The notes: generated from the sequence alone by a model not told the origin. A DNA stretch of 64,000 bases from Thermoplasmata archaeon (GCA_021792255.1 JAJYUZ010000001.1:32001-96000); one strand, 5' to 3'. Positions 41,009-51,377 are shown, numbered from the stretch's first letter. Numbers and translations: made by a program.

Positions 41009-41939
41009 ACGGACAGCACAATCAGATTCCACCTCAAAGGTCGATGAAAATTATGCTTCTGAGAACAGTGCAGTTAATAGTTTCTTTAGGGTTTCTTACG
41101 GACTTTTTGCTCTATTTATTGGGGGAACGAAATCTGACTTTCTCAGTAGCATACAACTAAATTTGGACAAAGCGGAGATCGATATATCTTCAGAAGTATA
41201 CCTAAGCGGAGTTTACTTTGCTAGTATGCTTGTGGGAATTGTACTGGTTGCTTTGACATTGGGAGAATACCTCAACAGGGGTCCATATAACTTCGTCTCG
41301 ATTCTGATTCCTGTTTCAGTCGTTCTAACTCTAGGCGTCGGTTTCTTCCTTCCAGGAATCAAGTCATCATCTAGAGGTAAAAAAATCGATGAGAATCTTG
41401 GTTCCGCATTCTCCTTCATCTCAGCAATGTCGAGTGCAGACGTACCGATCAATGCTATAATGCTAAAACTGTCCAAAATGAAGGAGTACGGTGAAGTCAG
41501 CAGGGAAGCCTTAAAGATAGCAAGCCGTACAGAGATCCTTGGTACAGACATTTTTACAGCAATGCAGCAGGTTGCGAAAAGTAGCGCATCAATAGAGTGG
41601 CAAAAATTCCTACAAGGTGCGGTGGCTACTTCCACAGCCGGGGCCAGGTTAAAACCATACTTTGTAGGAAAGGCCACGGAATATCAGAGCAGGTTGAGAA
41701 TATCTCTAAAGAAGAACGCTGAAAGCGTGTCGGTATTTGCCGAGACGTACGTGACGGTCGGGGTTGCCTTCCCACTGTTTCTTATCGTCATTCTTGCGGT
41801 GATGTCAGTGATTGCAAGGACAGCAAGTGGAGCGACAATCTCTTTTCTTTTACTCTTCTCTTTCATCGTTTTGCCAGTCATGATTGTCACTTTTATCCTG
41901 CTGATTTCAAGCGTCAACAAGGAGGTCCAGATCTCTTGA
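41001..41939 (+). CDS. TadC/ArlJ-like membrane platform protein (copy 1)
   Basis: RGKKIDENL, EYGEVSRE, LGTDIFTA, FAETYVTVGVAFPLF; T2SSF-type topology. Confidence 0.85.
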   Translation: MSKRTAQSDSTSKVDENYASENSAVNSFFRVSYGLFALFIGGTKSDFLSSIQLNLDKAEIDISSEVYLSGVYFASMLVGIVLVALTLGEYLNRGPYNFVSILIPVSVVLTLGVGFFLPGIKSSSRGKKIDENLGSAFSFISAMSSADVPINAIMLKLSKMKEYGEVSREALKIASRTEILGTDIFTAMQQVAKSSASIEWQKFLQGAVATSTAGARLKPYFVGKATEYQSRLRISLKKNAESVSVFAETYVTVGVAFPLFLIVILAVMSVIARTASGATISFLLLFSFIVLPVMIVTFILLISSVNKEVQIS

Positions 41940-42769
41940 ACAGACTGTCTTTGCTCGGGATCTCCTCCGGAGCTGTTTCCATTTTCTTTTCGCTTTACCT
42001 GTTTACAGTCAGCCCAAATAATCCTACATTAATTTTCGATTTTTTGGTCCTAGGTATCTTTCTTGCGCTCGCTCCCGCAGGAATCGTGGATATATTGCGA
42101 ACGAGAAAACAGAGGGCAATAGAAGGTGTACTTCCAGACTTCCTGAGGGACGTTGCCGAGGCCTCAAAATTTGGAACAAATCTTGCGGATTCGATCAAGA
42201 TAGCGTCAGAAGGACAGTATGGGGTCCTCAGTGGTGAGATCAAGAAGATCACTGCCCAAATAAAATGGGGGGTATCTGTTGATGAAGCGCTGAGGGGGTT
42301 TGCAGAGAGAAATAAATCTGCATTCACCGTAAGACTGATAAGCACTGTCATAGAATCGAACAGATCAGGAGGTAACGTGTCTGAAGTTCTCAATATTATA
42401 GCAGATAACTCCAAGGAGACTCAACTTCTTGCAAAAGAGAAATACTCTCAGCTAAATAGCTACGTAATAATTCTCCTGATAGCTTATGCAGTGTTTCTGC
42501 TCACCATACTCATACTTGATCAGCAGTTCTTTCCAGTTATGTCGAGACAAATAAGTTCTGGAAGTTCGATATCGTCCATCAGTTACCTAAACTATAGCGC
42601 AATCCCATTAATCAAAGAGATATTCACGGGAGTAGTGATACTTCAGGGAATAGGAAGTGGGTTGATGTCTGGAGTTCTTTTCGATGGGAGGTACCAGAGC
42701 GGATTCTTGTATGCCGCTGTTCTGATCGCCATCGGATACCTCACCGTTCTCCTATTTGGAGGAGTTTGA
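41936..42769 (+). CDS. TadC/ArlJ-like membrane platform protein (copy 2)
   Basis: IEGVLPDFLRDVAE..KFG, QYGVLSGEI, WGVSVDEAL, RSGGNVSEVL. Confidence 0.87.
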   Translation: MNRLSLLGISSGAVSIFFSLYLFTVSPNNPTLIFDFLVLGIFLALAPAGIVDILRTRKQRAIEGVLPDFLRDVAEASKFGTNLADSIKIASEGQYGVLSGEIKKITAQIKWGVSVDEALRGFAERNKSAFTVRLISTVIESNRSGGNVSEVLNIIADNSKETQLLAKEKYSQLNSYVIILLIAYAVFLLTILILDQQFFPVMSRQISSGSSISSISYLNYSAIPLIKEIFTGVVILQGIGSGLMSGVLFDGRYQSGFLYAAVLIAIGYLTVLLFGGV

Positions 42770-44361
42770 AAATGTCAAAAGACTCCATTCCTTATATAAA
42801 ACGCGATCCCCCTGGATTTAATAGCAGATTTACGGGCAAGGATCTGTGCAGTGACATGACCATGGGCACAGACCAGCAACTGGTTTATGACTACGAAGTA
42901 GAACCCCCCTTTGGTTCCGTTCAAATTGTCCTCGATAAAGGAAATGGCACTTATTTTTACAAAGTTAAGGAGCCAATTTTGAGTGCAAACTCCAGATCAT
43001 TTTCAGAAGAGGCTAGACGGAATTTTGTCGCATCAATCTCATCGTATTCACCGAGGAAGGATGACAGAATTAGAACACTCAGAACATTCCTCAGAGAATT
43101 TGCTGGTAAGACAAAAGCGGGTTTATCGGAGCTAGAGCTTGAAAAGGTCTTTTATTTTCTCTACAGAGAATTCGAAGGATACGGGCCCATAGAAGTACCC
43201 CTGCTGGACGACAATATTGAAGATATTTCGTGCGTAGGTCCTAATGCTCCACTGTACGTGGTCCACAGAAAATTTGGATCTGTAGTTTCTAACATAATTT
43301 TTGAGAGAGATAGCGATGTGGATGACTTCGTCAGAAATTTGGTACAACGCTCCGGGAAACACATATCGATTGCTGTCCCGATGGTAGATTGTTCTCTCCC
43401 GACTGGAGCCAGACTTCAAGCTACTCTTGGCAGGGAAATCACAAAAAATGGATCTTCCTTCACAATCAGACGGTTCAGGGATGATCCCCTCACTCCCACA
43501 GATCTTGTCGATCTTGGAACAATGAATGTAGACATTGCCGTATATCTCTGGCTAGCCATCGAGAAAGGGGAAAACATGTTCATATTAGGTGGTACTGCGT
43601 CCGGAAAAACTACCACACTGAATTCCATTCTCCTGTTCGTGCCATTGGACAAGAAGGTGGTAAGCATTGAAGACACAAAAGAACTCAACATTCCTCATGA
43701 GAACTGGGTCCAGACACTGACGAGACAGGGAACTGGAGATGTGAATGCCGCAACAAGGAAAAGGGTCGGAGAACTAGATATGTTCGATCTCCTTGTGAAC
43801 AGTCTCAGGCAGAGGCCAGACTACATAATTGTTGGAGAGGTACGAGGACGAGAGGCATACACCGTCTTTCAGTCGATGGCTACCGGCCAAACGGTCATCA
43901 GCACCTTTCACTCAAACGATGTGGCTTCTTTCGTTCATAGACTGGAAGGCGAACCTCTAAGCATACCAAGATCAATGATTACATCCCTCAATATCGTGGT
44001 ACTTCTTGCTCAAAGCAAAGTTGGGGAAAACACGATCAGAAGAATAAAGAAGGTTGTCGAGATAGTCGGCATCGAGAAGGCATCAAACGAAGTCGTCACG
44101 AACACGGTCTTTGAATGGGATCCTGGTTCTGACAAATTCATTTTTACAGGCCACTCTTACTTTCAGGAAAGAATGATGAAAGAAGAGAACAAGACCCTCG
44201 AACATTTAAATGATGAAATAAACAAGAGAAAGGAGATGCTGGAGGATCTGAGACGACAACGAAGGATAGGGGCTACAGAATTCTCCGAAAAAATCAACAA
44301 ATTTCTGGAAGATTCCGGTCGCGTTTCAGAACATGGAAGCAATGAACGGAGTGTCGATTAA
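42766..44361 (+). CDS. Type IV pilus/archaellum-family assembly ATPase (copy 2)
   Basis: IEDISC, FTIRRF, Walker A GGTASGKTT, SIED, RQRPDYIIVGEVRG, STFHS. Confidence 0.92.
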   Translation: MKMSKDSIPYIKRDPPGFNSRFTGKDLCSDMTMGTDQQLVYDYEVEPPFGSVQIVLDKGNGTYFYKVKEPILSANSRSFSEEARRNFVASISSYSPRKDDRIRTLRTFLREFAGKTKAGLSELELEKVFYFLYREFEGYGPIEVPLLDDNIEDISCVGPNAPLYVVHRKFGSVVSNIIFERDSDVDDFVRNLVQRSGKHISIAVPMVDCSLPTGARLQATLGREITKNGSSFTIRRFRDDPLTPTDLVDLGTMNVDIAVYLWLAIEKGENMFILGGTASGKTTTLNSILLFVPLDKKVVSIEDTKELNIPHENWVQTLTRQGTGDVNAATRKRVGELDMFDLLVNSLRQRPDYIIVGEVRGREAYTVFQSMATGQTVISTFHSNDVASFVHRLEGEPLSIPRSMITSLNIVVLLAQSKVGENTIRRIKKVVEIVGIEKASNEVVTNTVFEWDPGSDKFIFTGHSYFQERMMKEENKTLEHLNDEINKRKEMLEDLRRQRRIGATEFSEKINKFLEDSGRVSEHGSNERSVD

Positions 44362-45211
44362 TACGAAGGGAGTAAAGTACGAGGAGGAAGGAGTTGCAAC
44401 AGCCGTAGGGGCAATATTCGCCATCCTAATTTTTATTTTCCTTCTCAGCCTCTTCATCACAAGTTACGTACCGGCAGAAATGACCGCGTACGAGGAACAG
44501 TACTCCTCAGGAGTTACTAATGACATGATGCAGTTCATAAGCACGGTAAGTCTGTTAACCGTCAACTATCAACAGGGTGAGAGTGCTTCGGTGACCTTTG
44601 ATCTTCAATCCAACTATATACCCCTATTCACCTCACCGACAATGGGTGAATTGAGTCTTACTTCATCGGCCCCGGGAACTGACGGCTATCTCTCTGTGAG
44701 CAATTCTACAGTTACAGTGCACTCGGGGGGTTGTCTATCTTTATTGACCAACAATAGGTACTTCGTGGACGAATCACTTTATTTTGAACTCTCTACATTG
44801 CTGTATGAGCAAAGGGATAGCAGTCCACTAATAAATACAACTCTTCAGTCAAGTCTCATTCGAGTCGAACCCTCCACAAATGGCTCCATCAACCTTTCAA
44901 TGAGTCTGATCAACATTACTGGTGGACCTATCACACTGTCTTCGGGATCACCTTTTGCCCTTTCCGTTACTGCACTGTCGAAGGATTATTATCAACTGAG
45001 CGGCAATCTTACTTTAACATATTATTCTTCATTTGGTTTTCAAATTTATAAATCCCTGTCAGAAAGTCTAACAAACATAAATGGAATCAGCATTGGTTAC
45101 GTAAACGAGGGCAATGGGTACGGAACTGTAGACATCAGCTCCTCCGCTACTCCAATAATTCTCAACGTAACGGAAATGACTATCCTTGTCGGTGACAGCA
45201 TTTCTTCCTAG
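44333..45211 (+). CDS. Large pilin-like protein with class III-type signal peptide
   Basis: EEEG|VATAVGAIFAILIFIFLLSLF..YVP followed by a Ser/Thr/Asn-rich beta domain with several N-x-S/T sequons; last gene of the pilus operon. Confidence 0.72.
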   Translation: MEAMNGVSINTKGVKYEEEGVATAVGAIFAILIFIFLLSLFITSYVPAEMTAYEEQYSSGVTNDMMQFISTVSLLTVNYQQGESASVTFDLQSNYIPLFTSPTMGELSLTSSAPGTDGYLSVSNSTVTVHSGGCLSLLTNNRYFVDESLYFELSTLLYEQRDSSPLINTTLQSSLIRVEPSTNGSINLSMSLINITGGPITLSSGSPFALSVTALSKDYYQLSGNLTLTYYSSFGFQIYKSLSESLTNINGISIGYVNEGNGYGTVDISSSATPIILNVTEMTILVGDSISS

Positions 45212-45257
45212 CTATGTCTTGGCCAAAGACTGGAGAGCTCAGCGAAGGTGTGAAAAA

Positions 45258-45842
45258 TCACATTATGTAAGATACCGTATCAGAATCGAAATTCTCTACG
45301 ATCTTAAGATTCTCTCCGTTTCCACTAGGAGCATTTGCTAGGAACGGGTACACCTGCCAAGGATCTCTTGTTCCCAGTTCATATGCAGGATGACCACCTT
45401 CGAAAATTGTAGCACATATTCTTGCGACAGTTGCCCTGGCCTTATACTCGTCCAAAATACCTAAAGAGTGAAGATATTCGTGCATCAGTATTACGAACAC
45501 GAATGAATTGACCTCTTCTCTGGGTCGGTTAGCGTGCTTCAGAGCATCGAGAAGATTTCTGTTCATTACGATGTAATTCCCACCAACCTCCCAAAACGCT
45601 CCTAGCTGCGCTGGCAAGTTGGCAAGGGCCAGCCCAATTCCTACTCTTTCTCTACCCAGAACAGATTTCACAGTCTTTCTTACTAATGAAAAAATAGTGT
45701 TGTAGTCCGTGCTCGAGTTGTTCCCCCCAAATATCCCTGCAAGTCTGGATGGAATGTTTAACTCTTTCCGAATAACAGGGTTTAACAAAATAGGCCCCAT
45801 ATTCACCTCGGCAGTCTTGTCCAGTTCAGACGAAAATTTCAT
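45258..45842 (-). CDS. Zincin-like metallopeptidase domain protein
   Basis: ILMHEYLHSLGILDE (HEXXH...E). Confidence 0.72.
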   Translation of the reverse strand: MKFSSELDKTAEVNMGPILLNPVIRKELNIPSRLAGIFGGNNSSTDYNTIFSLVRKTVKSVLGRERVGIGLALANLPAQLGAFWEVGGNYIVMNRNLLDALKHANRPREEVNSFVFVILMHEYLHSLGILDEYKARATVARICATIFEGGHPAYELGTRDPWQVYPFLANAPSGNGENLKIVENFDSDTVSYIM

Positions 45843-45968
45843 TAAAATATGAATTATCTCTTCTACATAAATTCTTCGTAGTACGGTTGCCGGAGAGAAT
45901 GTTCAAGAGGTCAATCAGCCATTTACAGGGCTTATTAATTTTTAAATACAAAATTCGACTCAACACAG

Positions 45969-46841
45969 GTGCACCCATCATCATTCGAATATTTTGCTCC
46001 AGCAAGAATGGAGGAAGCGCTGAGTCTCCTTTCAAAGCACAGCGGAGAGGCAAAGATTATGGCAGGAGGTCAGAGCTTGATACCGTTGTTGAAACTGAGA
46101 ATAGCATCTTTTCCCTACGTTGTGGACATTTCAAGAATAGAGGGTATGGACCAAATAAAGGAAGAACGAGGTTTTCTGGAAATTGGTGCTCTCACCAAGA
46201 TCAGCGAACTTGAAGACAGCAATATAATCAAAGATAAATACCAAATTTTGCACGAAGCAGCAACTCAAATTGCTGATCCCTTGGTAAGGAACAGGGGGAC
46301 TGTTGGAGGAAACATTTCGCACGCGGATCCATCAAACGACATACCCGCTGTAGTTATTGCTATGAAGGCAAAGTTGGAAGTCATCGGAAGGAAAGAAAAA
46401 AGGACATTAAATGCCGACTCGTTCATCACCGATTCATTCAGTACTGCACTCGAGGAAGGAGAAATACTCAGCAAGATACTGATTCCGATTCCTGACACCA
46501 GATCTGGAGGGTGTTATATTAAACAAAAGAAAAGCGCCGGTGATTTCTCTATTGCAGCAATTGCTGTCCAAATGACGCTTGGTGATGACTACAAAGTCCG
46601 GAGCGCGGGTATAGGGCTTACGTCTGTCGCCCCTAAACCAACCAGGGCAGTCAAGGCCGAGCAATACATCGAAGGCAAGAGAGTCGACAACTCGGTGGCA
46701 AAGGAGATATCTAAAATTGTTGTTTCGGAATCCGACCCTTCGACTGATTTCTACGGGACTGCAGAATTCAAGAAGAAGATTCTCGGTAGAATAGCGGAAG
46801 ATGCAATCAACCTGTCGTACGAACGGGCTATGGTGAAATAG
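45969..46841 (+). CDS. Xanthine-oxidase-family FAD subunit (CoxM/CutB-like)
   Basis: FEYFAP, AGGQSLIP..KLR, IADPLVRNRGTVGGN, DPSND. Confidence 0.92.
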   Translation: MHPSSFEYFAPARMEEALSLLSKHSGEAKIMAGGQSLIPLLKLRIASFPYVVDISRIEGMDQIKEERGFLEIGALTKISELEDSNIIKDKYQILHEAATQIADPLVRNRGTVGGNISHADPSNDIPAVVIAMKAKLEVIGRKEKRTLNADSFITDSFSTALEEGEILSKILIPIPDTRSGGCYIKQKKSAGDFSIAAIAVQMTLGDDYKVRSAGIGLTSVAPKPTRAVKAEQYIEGKRVDNSVAKEISKIVVSESDPSTDFYGTAEFKKKILGRIAEDAINLSYERAMVK

Positions 46842-47348
46842 ATGAGCACGACTAAAATAAAAACAAGAATAAATGGAAAGCAGATAGAATCGGAGGTCGA
46901 ACCTAGGAAATTGCTAGTCCATTTCCTTAGGGAAGATTTAGGTCTGACTGGAACTCACATCGGTTGTGATACATCAAATTGTGGAGCATGCACTGTACTC
47001 GTCGACGGAAAGGCTATCAAGTCATGCACGATGCTGGCAGTCCAGGCCGATGGAAAAGAAGTCACTTCTATAGAAGGAATTTCCAAGGATGACGAACTTC
47101 ATCCACTGCAAAAGGCATTTTTGGAGAAGCACGGACTGCAGTGCGGATACTGTACATCCGGAATGATACTCACTTCACTCTGGCTGTTAAGGAAGAACAA
47201 AAATCCAACGGAAGAGGAAATCCGAAAGAGCTTATCAGGAAACCTGTGTCGATGCACCGGCTACCAGAGGATTGTCGAGTCCGTCATGTATGGAGCACAG
47301 CTAATGATAGAAAAGGAAGCAGAGGAACACGAAATGGTGATGAGATGA
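46842..47348 (+). CDS. Xanthine-oxidase-family 2x[2Fe-2S] subunit (CoxS/CutC-like)
   Basis: GCDTSNCGACTV..KSC, QCGYCT, GNLCRCTGY. Confidence 0.94.
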   Translation: MSTTKIKTRINGKQIESEVEPRKLLVHFLREDLGLTGTHIGCDTSNCGACTVLVDGKAIKSCTMLAVQADGKEVTSIEGISKDDELHPLQKAFLEKHGLQCGYCTSGMILTSLWLLRKNKNPTEEEIRKSLSGNLCRCTGYQRIVESVMYGAQLMIEKEAEEHEMVMR

Positions 47349-49399
47349 ATATGTCCACGGTGAGGTGGGAGGACAGCGACCTAGCCTACGACTCATCGAA
47401 CTTTGTTAGAGGAAAAGGGCATTTTGTGGACGACATAAAACTGCAAGGAATGCTTTTTATGACAGTCCTGAGAAGTCCCTATGCACGCGCTAGAATTTTG
47501 AGTCTTAAGGGAGGGATGAACAGTCAAGACTTAGGAGCCAAGATGGCTTCGGTCGGAGAAGGGGCAGACCCAGGTGCTGGCATTTCCATCGAACCGGTTT
47601 TTGCAACGGGTTTCGTCAACTATGTCGGAGAACCAGTAGCGGCAGTTTTTGCAGAAGATAGGTACAAATCTACAGATCTGCTCGAGTCGGTAGAAGTTGA
47701 CTACGAACCTCTGAAGCCTGTAGTCACTATGGACGACGCACTTGCATTTGGTCCTATTCACGAAGGTATGAAAAACAACATTTTAGTGGAGGCTACTAAA
47801 GGAGATGATTTCTCGGACCCTAAGTCACCAATAGTCCTTGAGGACACGCTTGAGAATGAGAGGGTATCGACCAACCCAATAGAACCCAGAGGAATTGTAG
47901 CGAGCTACGCAGACGGCATTTTGAACGTTTGGATCTCTACCCAGTCGGTGCACAGCATAAAAGAAGGCCTAGTAGAATCACTAAACTTGAATCCAGATAA
48001 TGTAAGAGTAATGCAGGCAGATACCGGAGGAGCGTTCGGTTCAAAGGGTGGCCTGTACCCAGAATACGTGATGGCTTCTTACGCTTCGATGAAGTACAGA
48101 AAACCAGTAAAGTGGATTGAGACCAGAAGGGAACATCTGACATCGACGAACCCCGGGAGGGGGGTAAGAAGCAGAGTAAAGATTTTCGCTGAAAGAAGCG
48201 GGAAGATTACTGGCATGAAGGGGGACGTGCTAATAGATGCTGGTGCATATGGTTCCGGAATTGCATCATTTTCTGCACAGTTCGTGGCCATGATGATGAC
48301 GGGACCTTATTCGATCGAAAAAGCATTTGTCACTGGGAGGTCACTCCTCACCAATAAAGTACCGCAAGGACCTTATCGGGGGGCAGGAAGACCGGAGGCA
48401 TCTTTCTTTATTGAGAGGATGGTTGATCTTCTTGCGGACGAAGTGAACAAGGATCCTGCTGATGTCAGACTTCTGAATACAAGTGATAAGCCTTTCAACT
48501 CGCCCCTCGGAATGAAGATAGACGCAGCAAGACCATTCTTCGAGAGCGCCATAAAAGAACTAGAGTACAGGAAGGAAGCCAAAATGACTAAAGGAGTTGG
48601 AGTATCATTCTTTGTCTTGGTGCCTGCCGTCTATCCCGGAGAGAGTGCTAGAATTATGGTAAGAGACGGTAGAATAAGAGTATGGCTTGGTGGTAATAGC
48701 CACGGGCAAGGACACGAAGACTTTGTGAAGAAACTGGTCAACGAAGAGCTGAATGTTCCAGGAGATCTTGTAACCCTCTATCGAGGTGACACTGGAATGA
48801 CCAAGGTAGGCGTCGGATCATGGGGGAGCAGGTCCGCAATAGTAGCAGGTGCAGCAGTCGTTTCGGTATGCAGAAAGCTGAAAAAGGACGTCGAAGATGA
48901 CAATGGGACATACTCCTATGAATTGCTGCTGGCAGGCAGCTACGACGAATTCATAAACGAGGAGAAGAGGATGACTCTGAATTCCTTTGGGGCTAATCTC
49001 GCATCAGTCGAAGTTGGAAAATTCGGAACCGTTCGTGTAAAAAAGTGCTTGGCTTATTACGACGTTGGAAGGGCCCTGAACAAGGAAATGGTGATTGGTC
49101 AGATTCAAGGAGGGATGGCTCAAGGAATCGGTCAGACTCTCCACGAAGGGTTGTTCTACAATGAAGACGGTCAGCTCATTACTTCAAGCATTTCTGACGC
49201 AGGGGTTCCTCTAGCGGAAGACCTTCCTAACTTTGGAGTCAAGATTGCAGAGAACAGGTCTGCGCTTCCACACGGAGCCAAAGGAGTTGGAGAATCTCCA
49301 ACTATCGGTGTTCCGACCGCACTTATCAGGGCTATAGAAAAGGCAAGTGGTTTGCGACTCAGAAAGACTCCAGTGACCGCGGAAGATCTTATGCAGTAG
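47345..49399 (+). CDS. Xanthine-oxidase-family molybdopterin subunit (form II CoxL/CutA-like, probably an aldehyde oxidoreductase)
   Basis: STQSVH, GGAFGSKG, active-site loop PYRGAGR, HGQG, SWGSRS, QIQGG, KGVGE. Start placed at ATG 47345 (ATGA overlap), not 47141. Confidence 0.9.
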   Translation: MNMSTVRWEDSDLAYDSSNFVRGKGHFVDDIKLQGMLFMTVLRSPYARARILSLKGGMNSQDLGAKMASVGEGADPGAGISIEPVFATGFVNYVGEPVAAVFAEDRYKSTDLLESVEVDYEPLKPVVTMDDALAFGPIHEGMKNNILVEATKGDDFSDPKSPIVLEDTLENERVSTNPIEPRGIVASYADGILNVWISTQSVHSIKEGLVESLNLNPDNVRVMQADTGGAFGSKGGLYPEYVMASYASMKYRKPVKWIETRREHLTSTNPGRGVRSRVKIFAERSGKITGMKGDVLIDAGAYGSGIASFSAQFVAMMMTGPYSIEKAFVTGRSLLTNKVPQGPYRGAGRPEASFFIERMVDLLADEVNKDPADVRLLNTSDKPFNSPLGMKIDAARPFFESAIKELEYRKEAKMTKGVGVSFFVLVPAVYPGESARIMVRDGRIRVWLGGNSHGQGHEDFVKKLVNEELNVPGDLVTLYRGDTGMTKVGVGSWGSRSAIVAGAAVVSVCRKLKKDVEDDNGTYSYELLLAGSYDEFINEEKRMTLNSFGANLASVEVGKFGTVRVKKCLAYYDVGRALNKEMVIGQIQGGMAQGIGQTLHEGLFYNEDGQLITSSISDAGVPLAEDLPNFGVKIAENRSALPHGAKGVGESPTIGVPTALIRAIEKASGLRLRKTPVTAEDLMQ

Positions 49400-50017
49400 T
49401 CATTTTTTCTCTTCATACTTCTTACGGCTCTCTATTTTTTGTAGATCGTCTACAATATCGATGTCCGTTAAGCTAGGTGCGTCGACTTCGACCTTGATCA
49501 GATTCTCTACGTGTGATTCAGCTATGCTTCTTGCCCCTTTATCCTCTTTCAACTGTTTCAGCTCACCGAATACAGATGAAGGAAACAGTATCGGGTTGCG
49601 GACTTGTCCATCCACTGAACACGCAATTATTCTACGCGGGCTCACTAGGAATTCAAGAACGAGGCGGCTGATATCTGACGGTTTAATCAGAGGCTGATCT
49701 GCAAGCAGAAAGAGAATCCCATCTACATCACCTTCGAATTGTCGGGTTGCCAGTGCGATGGAAGTACCTATTCCTCTCGCCCACTCCTTGTTAACTATCT
49801 TCAATGTACCCTTGTGCAATATCGGATCGAGGTCTCTTCCGGGGGGCGTCACCACTGCGATATTCCAAAAGTTGTTCGCACGGACAGAATCCATGGTTCG
49901 TTCCAGGATGCTGATCCCGTCGATTCTTTGAAGGAGCTTATTCGAGCCAAATCTCTTTGAAGCGCCTGCAGCCAAAATGACAGCTGCAATCTTTATTCTA
50001 TTCTTTTCAACATTCAT
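49400..50017 (-). CDS. Molybdenum cofactor cytidylyltransferase (MocA-like)
   Basis: ILAAGASKRFGSNKLL, LADQP, NPILF, DKGAR, DID. Confidence 0.87.
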   Translation of the reverse strand: MNVEKNRIKIAAVILAAGASKRFGSNKLLQRIDGISILERTMDSVRANNFWNIAVVTPPGRDLDPILHKGTLKIVNKEWARGIGTSIALATRQFEGDVDGILFLLADQPLIKPSDISRLVLEFLVSPRRIIACSVDGQVRNPILFPSSVFGELKQLKEDKGARSIAESHVENLIKVEVDAPSLTDIDIVDDLQKIESRKKYEEKK

Positions 50018-50454
50018 CTTTCGAACGCTTCTCTGAAGGAGTTTGTCAGTACTGAAATGTACTTCTCAGCAGTGTTGTTAATGACTCTAGATCCCATTGT
50101 AGCTATCACTCCGCCGATCGTAATCTCAACATTCCAAGTTACCAAAGTTGCACCATCGGTGGAGTCAGAAAAGTCATAAGTAGCTTTAAGGTTGAGCGAT
50201 CCCGTAGCCCCAGATCCCTTTGCCCAAATCTCTACCGAATGGTCGTCAATCTTGTTTTTGATTTCCAGGAGCAAATTGAACTTACCCTTGATCGCAGACT
50301 GACCTGCTTTTACCACGAGCCTCGAAGAAGTTTTGTCGATCCTCTCTACAGACTGAACGTCCGGGATAACGGAAGTGACTTTCTCAATATCCGACACGAA
50401 CGCCAAAACCGTCGGCCTATCAGTTTTCACTTCAAATTTTCCTTTGAAATTCAT
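50014..50454 (-). CDS. CoxG (SRPBCC) accessory protein
   Basis: MNFKGKFEV..IPD..GVIATMGSRVI; Cox gene context. Confidence 0.85.
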   Translation of the reverse strand: MNFKGKFEVKTDRPTVLAFVSDIEKVTSVIPDVQSVERIDKTSSRLVVKAGQSAIKGKFNLLLEIKNKIDDHSVEIWAKGSGATGSLNLKATYDFSDSTDGATLVTWNVEITIGGVIATMGSRVINNTAEKYISVLTNSFREAFER

Positions 50455-50558
50455 ACCAAAGAGGTAACCAAAACAAATCCTTTAACCTTGCTAGTGGAGT
50501 GTTATGTCATCAACAGAACTCGAAAAATCATTTATACGGAGATTGATTGTAAACGACA

Positions 50559-51365
50559 TTGAATAACTGGGAGTTTTCACAGGTCATTTCAGAATTGGTC
50601 AAGAAAAGTGAGCCGTTCGTAGTAGCAACCGTAGTTAGGGTTTCTGGTTCTTCCATTGGAAAACCGGGTTTTAAGGAAGTGATATCTAGTAATGGAGACG
50701 TCATCTATGGTACACTTGGCGGAGCTTGTCCAGATTCCGCGATTGTTGAAAAAGCAAAAGAGGCTTTGAAATCAGGAAGTGCAAGGACGATCAAGGTTTT
50801 CTTGGAAGACGCGAAGGAGACTCTCGTCGGGATGGCGAAAAACAACGAGGATGAAATTCATGTCGAAACAAATTGTGGCGGAATCATGGACATTTACCTA
50901 GAGCCATATAAGAGAAACGAGCGACTCGTGATCGTGGGGCAGGGAGGAAGGGACGAAATAGAAGACACTCTCGTGTCACTGGGAAAGTCCATCGGAATGA
51001 GTGTTACAGTGATTGATCCCAATCCTATGATGAACTCAAAGCCTGATGAGCTCGTTGACCCCGTGAATTCTCCTATGAACGAATTCGTTTTTCAAGAAGA
51101 TGACTTTGTAGTAGTGCTCACGAAGGGTACTAGAGACATACAGGTATTGGAATCGATCTCTAGACACAAGGTGAAGTACGTTGGACTGCTAGCCAGCAAG
51201 AAAAGGATAAGGACAGATCTTGACGCTCTTGAAGCCAGTGGAGTGAGTGCGGAGTTTCTTAAATCGATTCACGCTCCAATCGGTTTAGATATAGGGGCGA
51301 TCACTCCTTCGGAGATATCGCTTAGCATAATTTCCGAAATAGTCTCGATTAGAAGAAAGGAATGA
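50559..51365 (+). CDS. XdhC/CoxF Moco-insertion chaperone
   Basis: VATVVRVSGS, GTLGGAC, CGG.MDIYLEP, YVGLLAS, HAPIGLDIGAITPSEI. Confidence 0.9.
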   Translation: MNNWEFSQVISELVKKSEPFVVATVVRVSGSSIGKPGFKEVISSNGDVIYGTLGGACPDSAIVEKAKEALKSGSARTIKVFLEDAKETLVGMAKNNEDEIHVETNCGGIMDIYLEPYKRNERLVIVGQGGRDEIEDTLVSLGKSIGMSVTVIDPNPMMNSKPDELVDPVNSPMNEFVFQEDDFVVVLTKGTRDIQVLESISRHKVKYVGLLASKKRIRTDLDALEASGVSAEFLKSIHAPIGLDIGAITPSEISLSIISEIVSIRRKE

Positions 51366-51377
51366 GGGTTTGTCTGG

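Noticed and set aside
39417-45211. Archaellum or conjugation locus
   Set aside because: No archaellins, ArlF/G/H, VirB4 or relaxase genes in the window.
47141-47344. 68-aa N-terminal extension of the Mo subunit given by the track
   Set aside because: Overlaps the 2Fe-2S gene out of frame; ATG 47345 with an ATGA overlap is the natural start.
45969-49399. Aerobic CO dehydrogenase (form I) call
   Set aside because: The active-site loop is PYRGAGR, lacking the Cu-ligating Cys of AYxCSFR.
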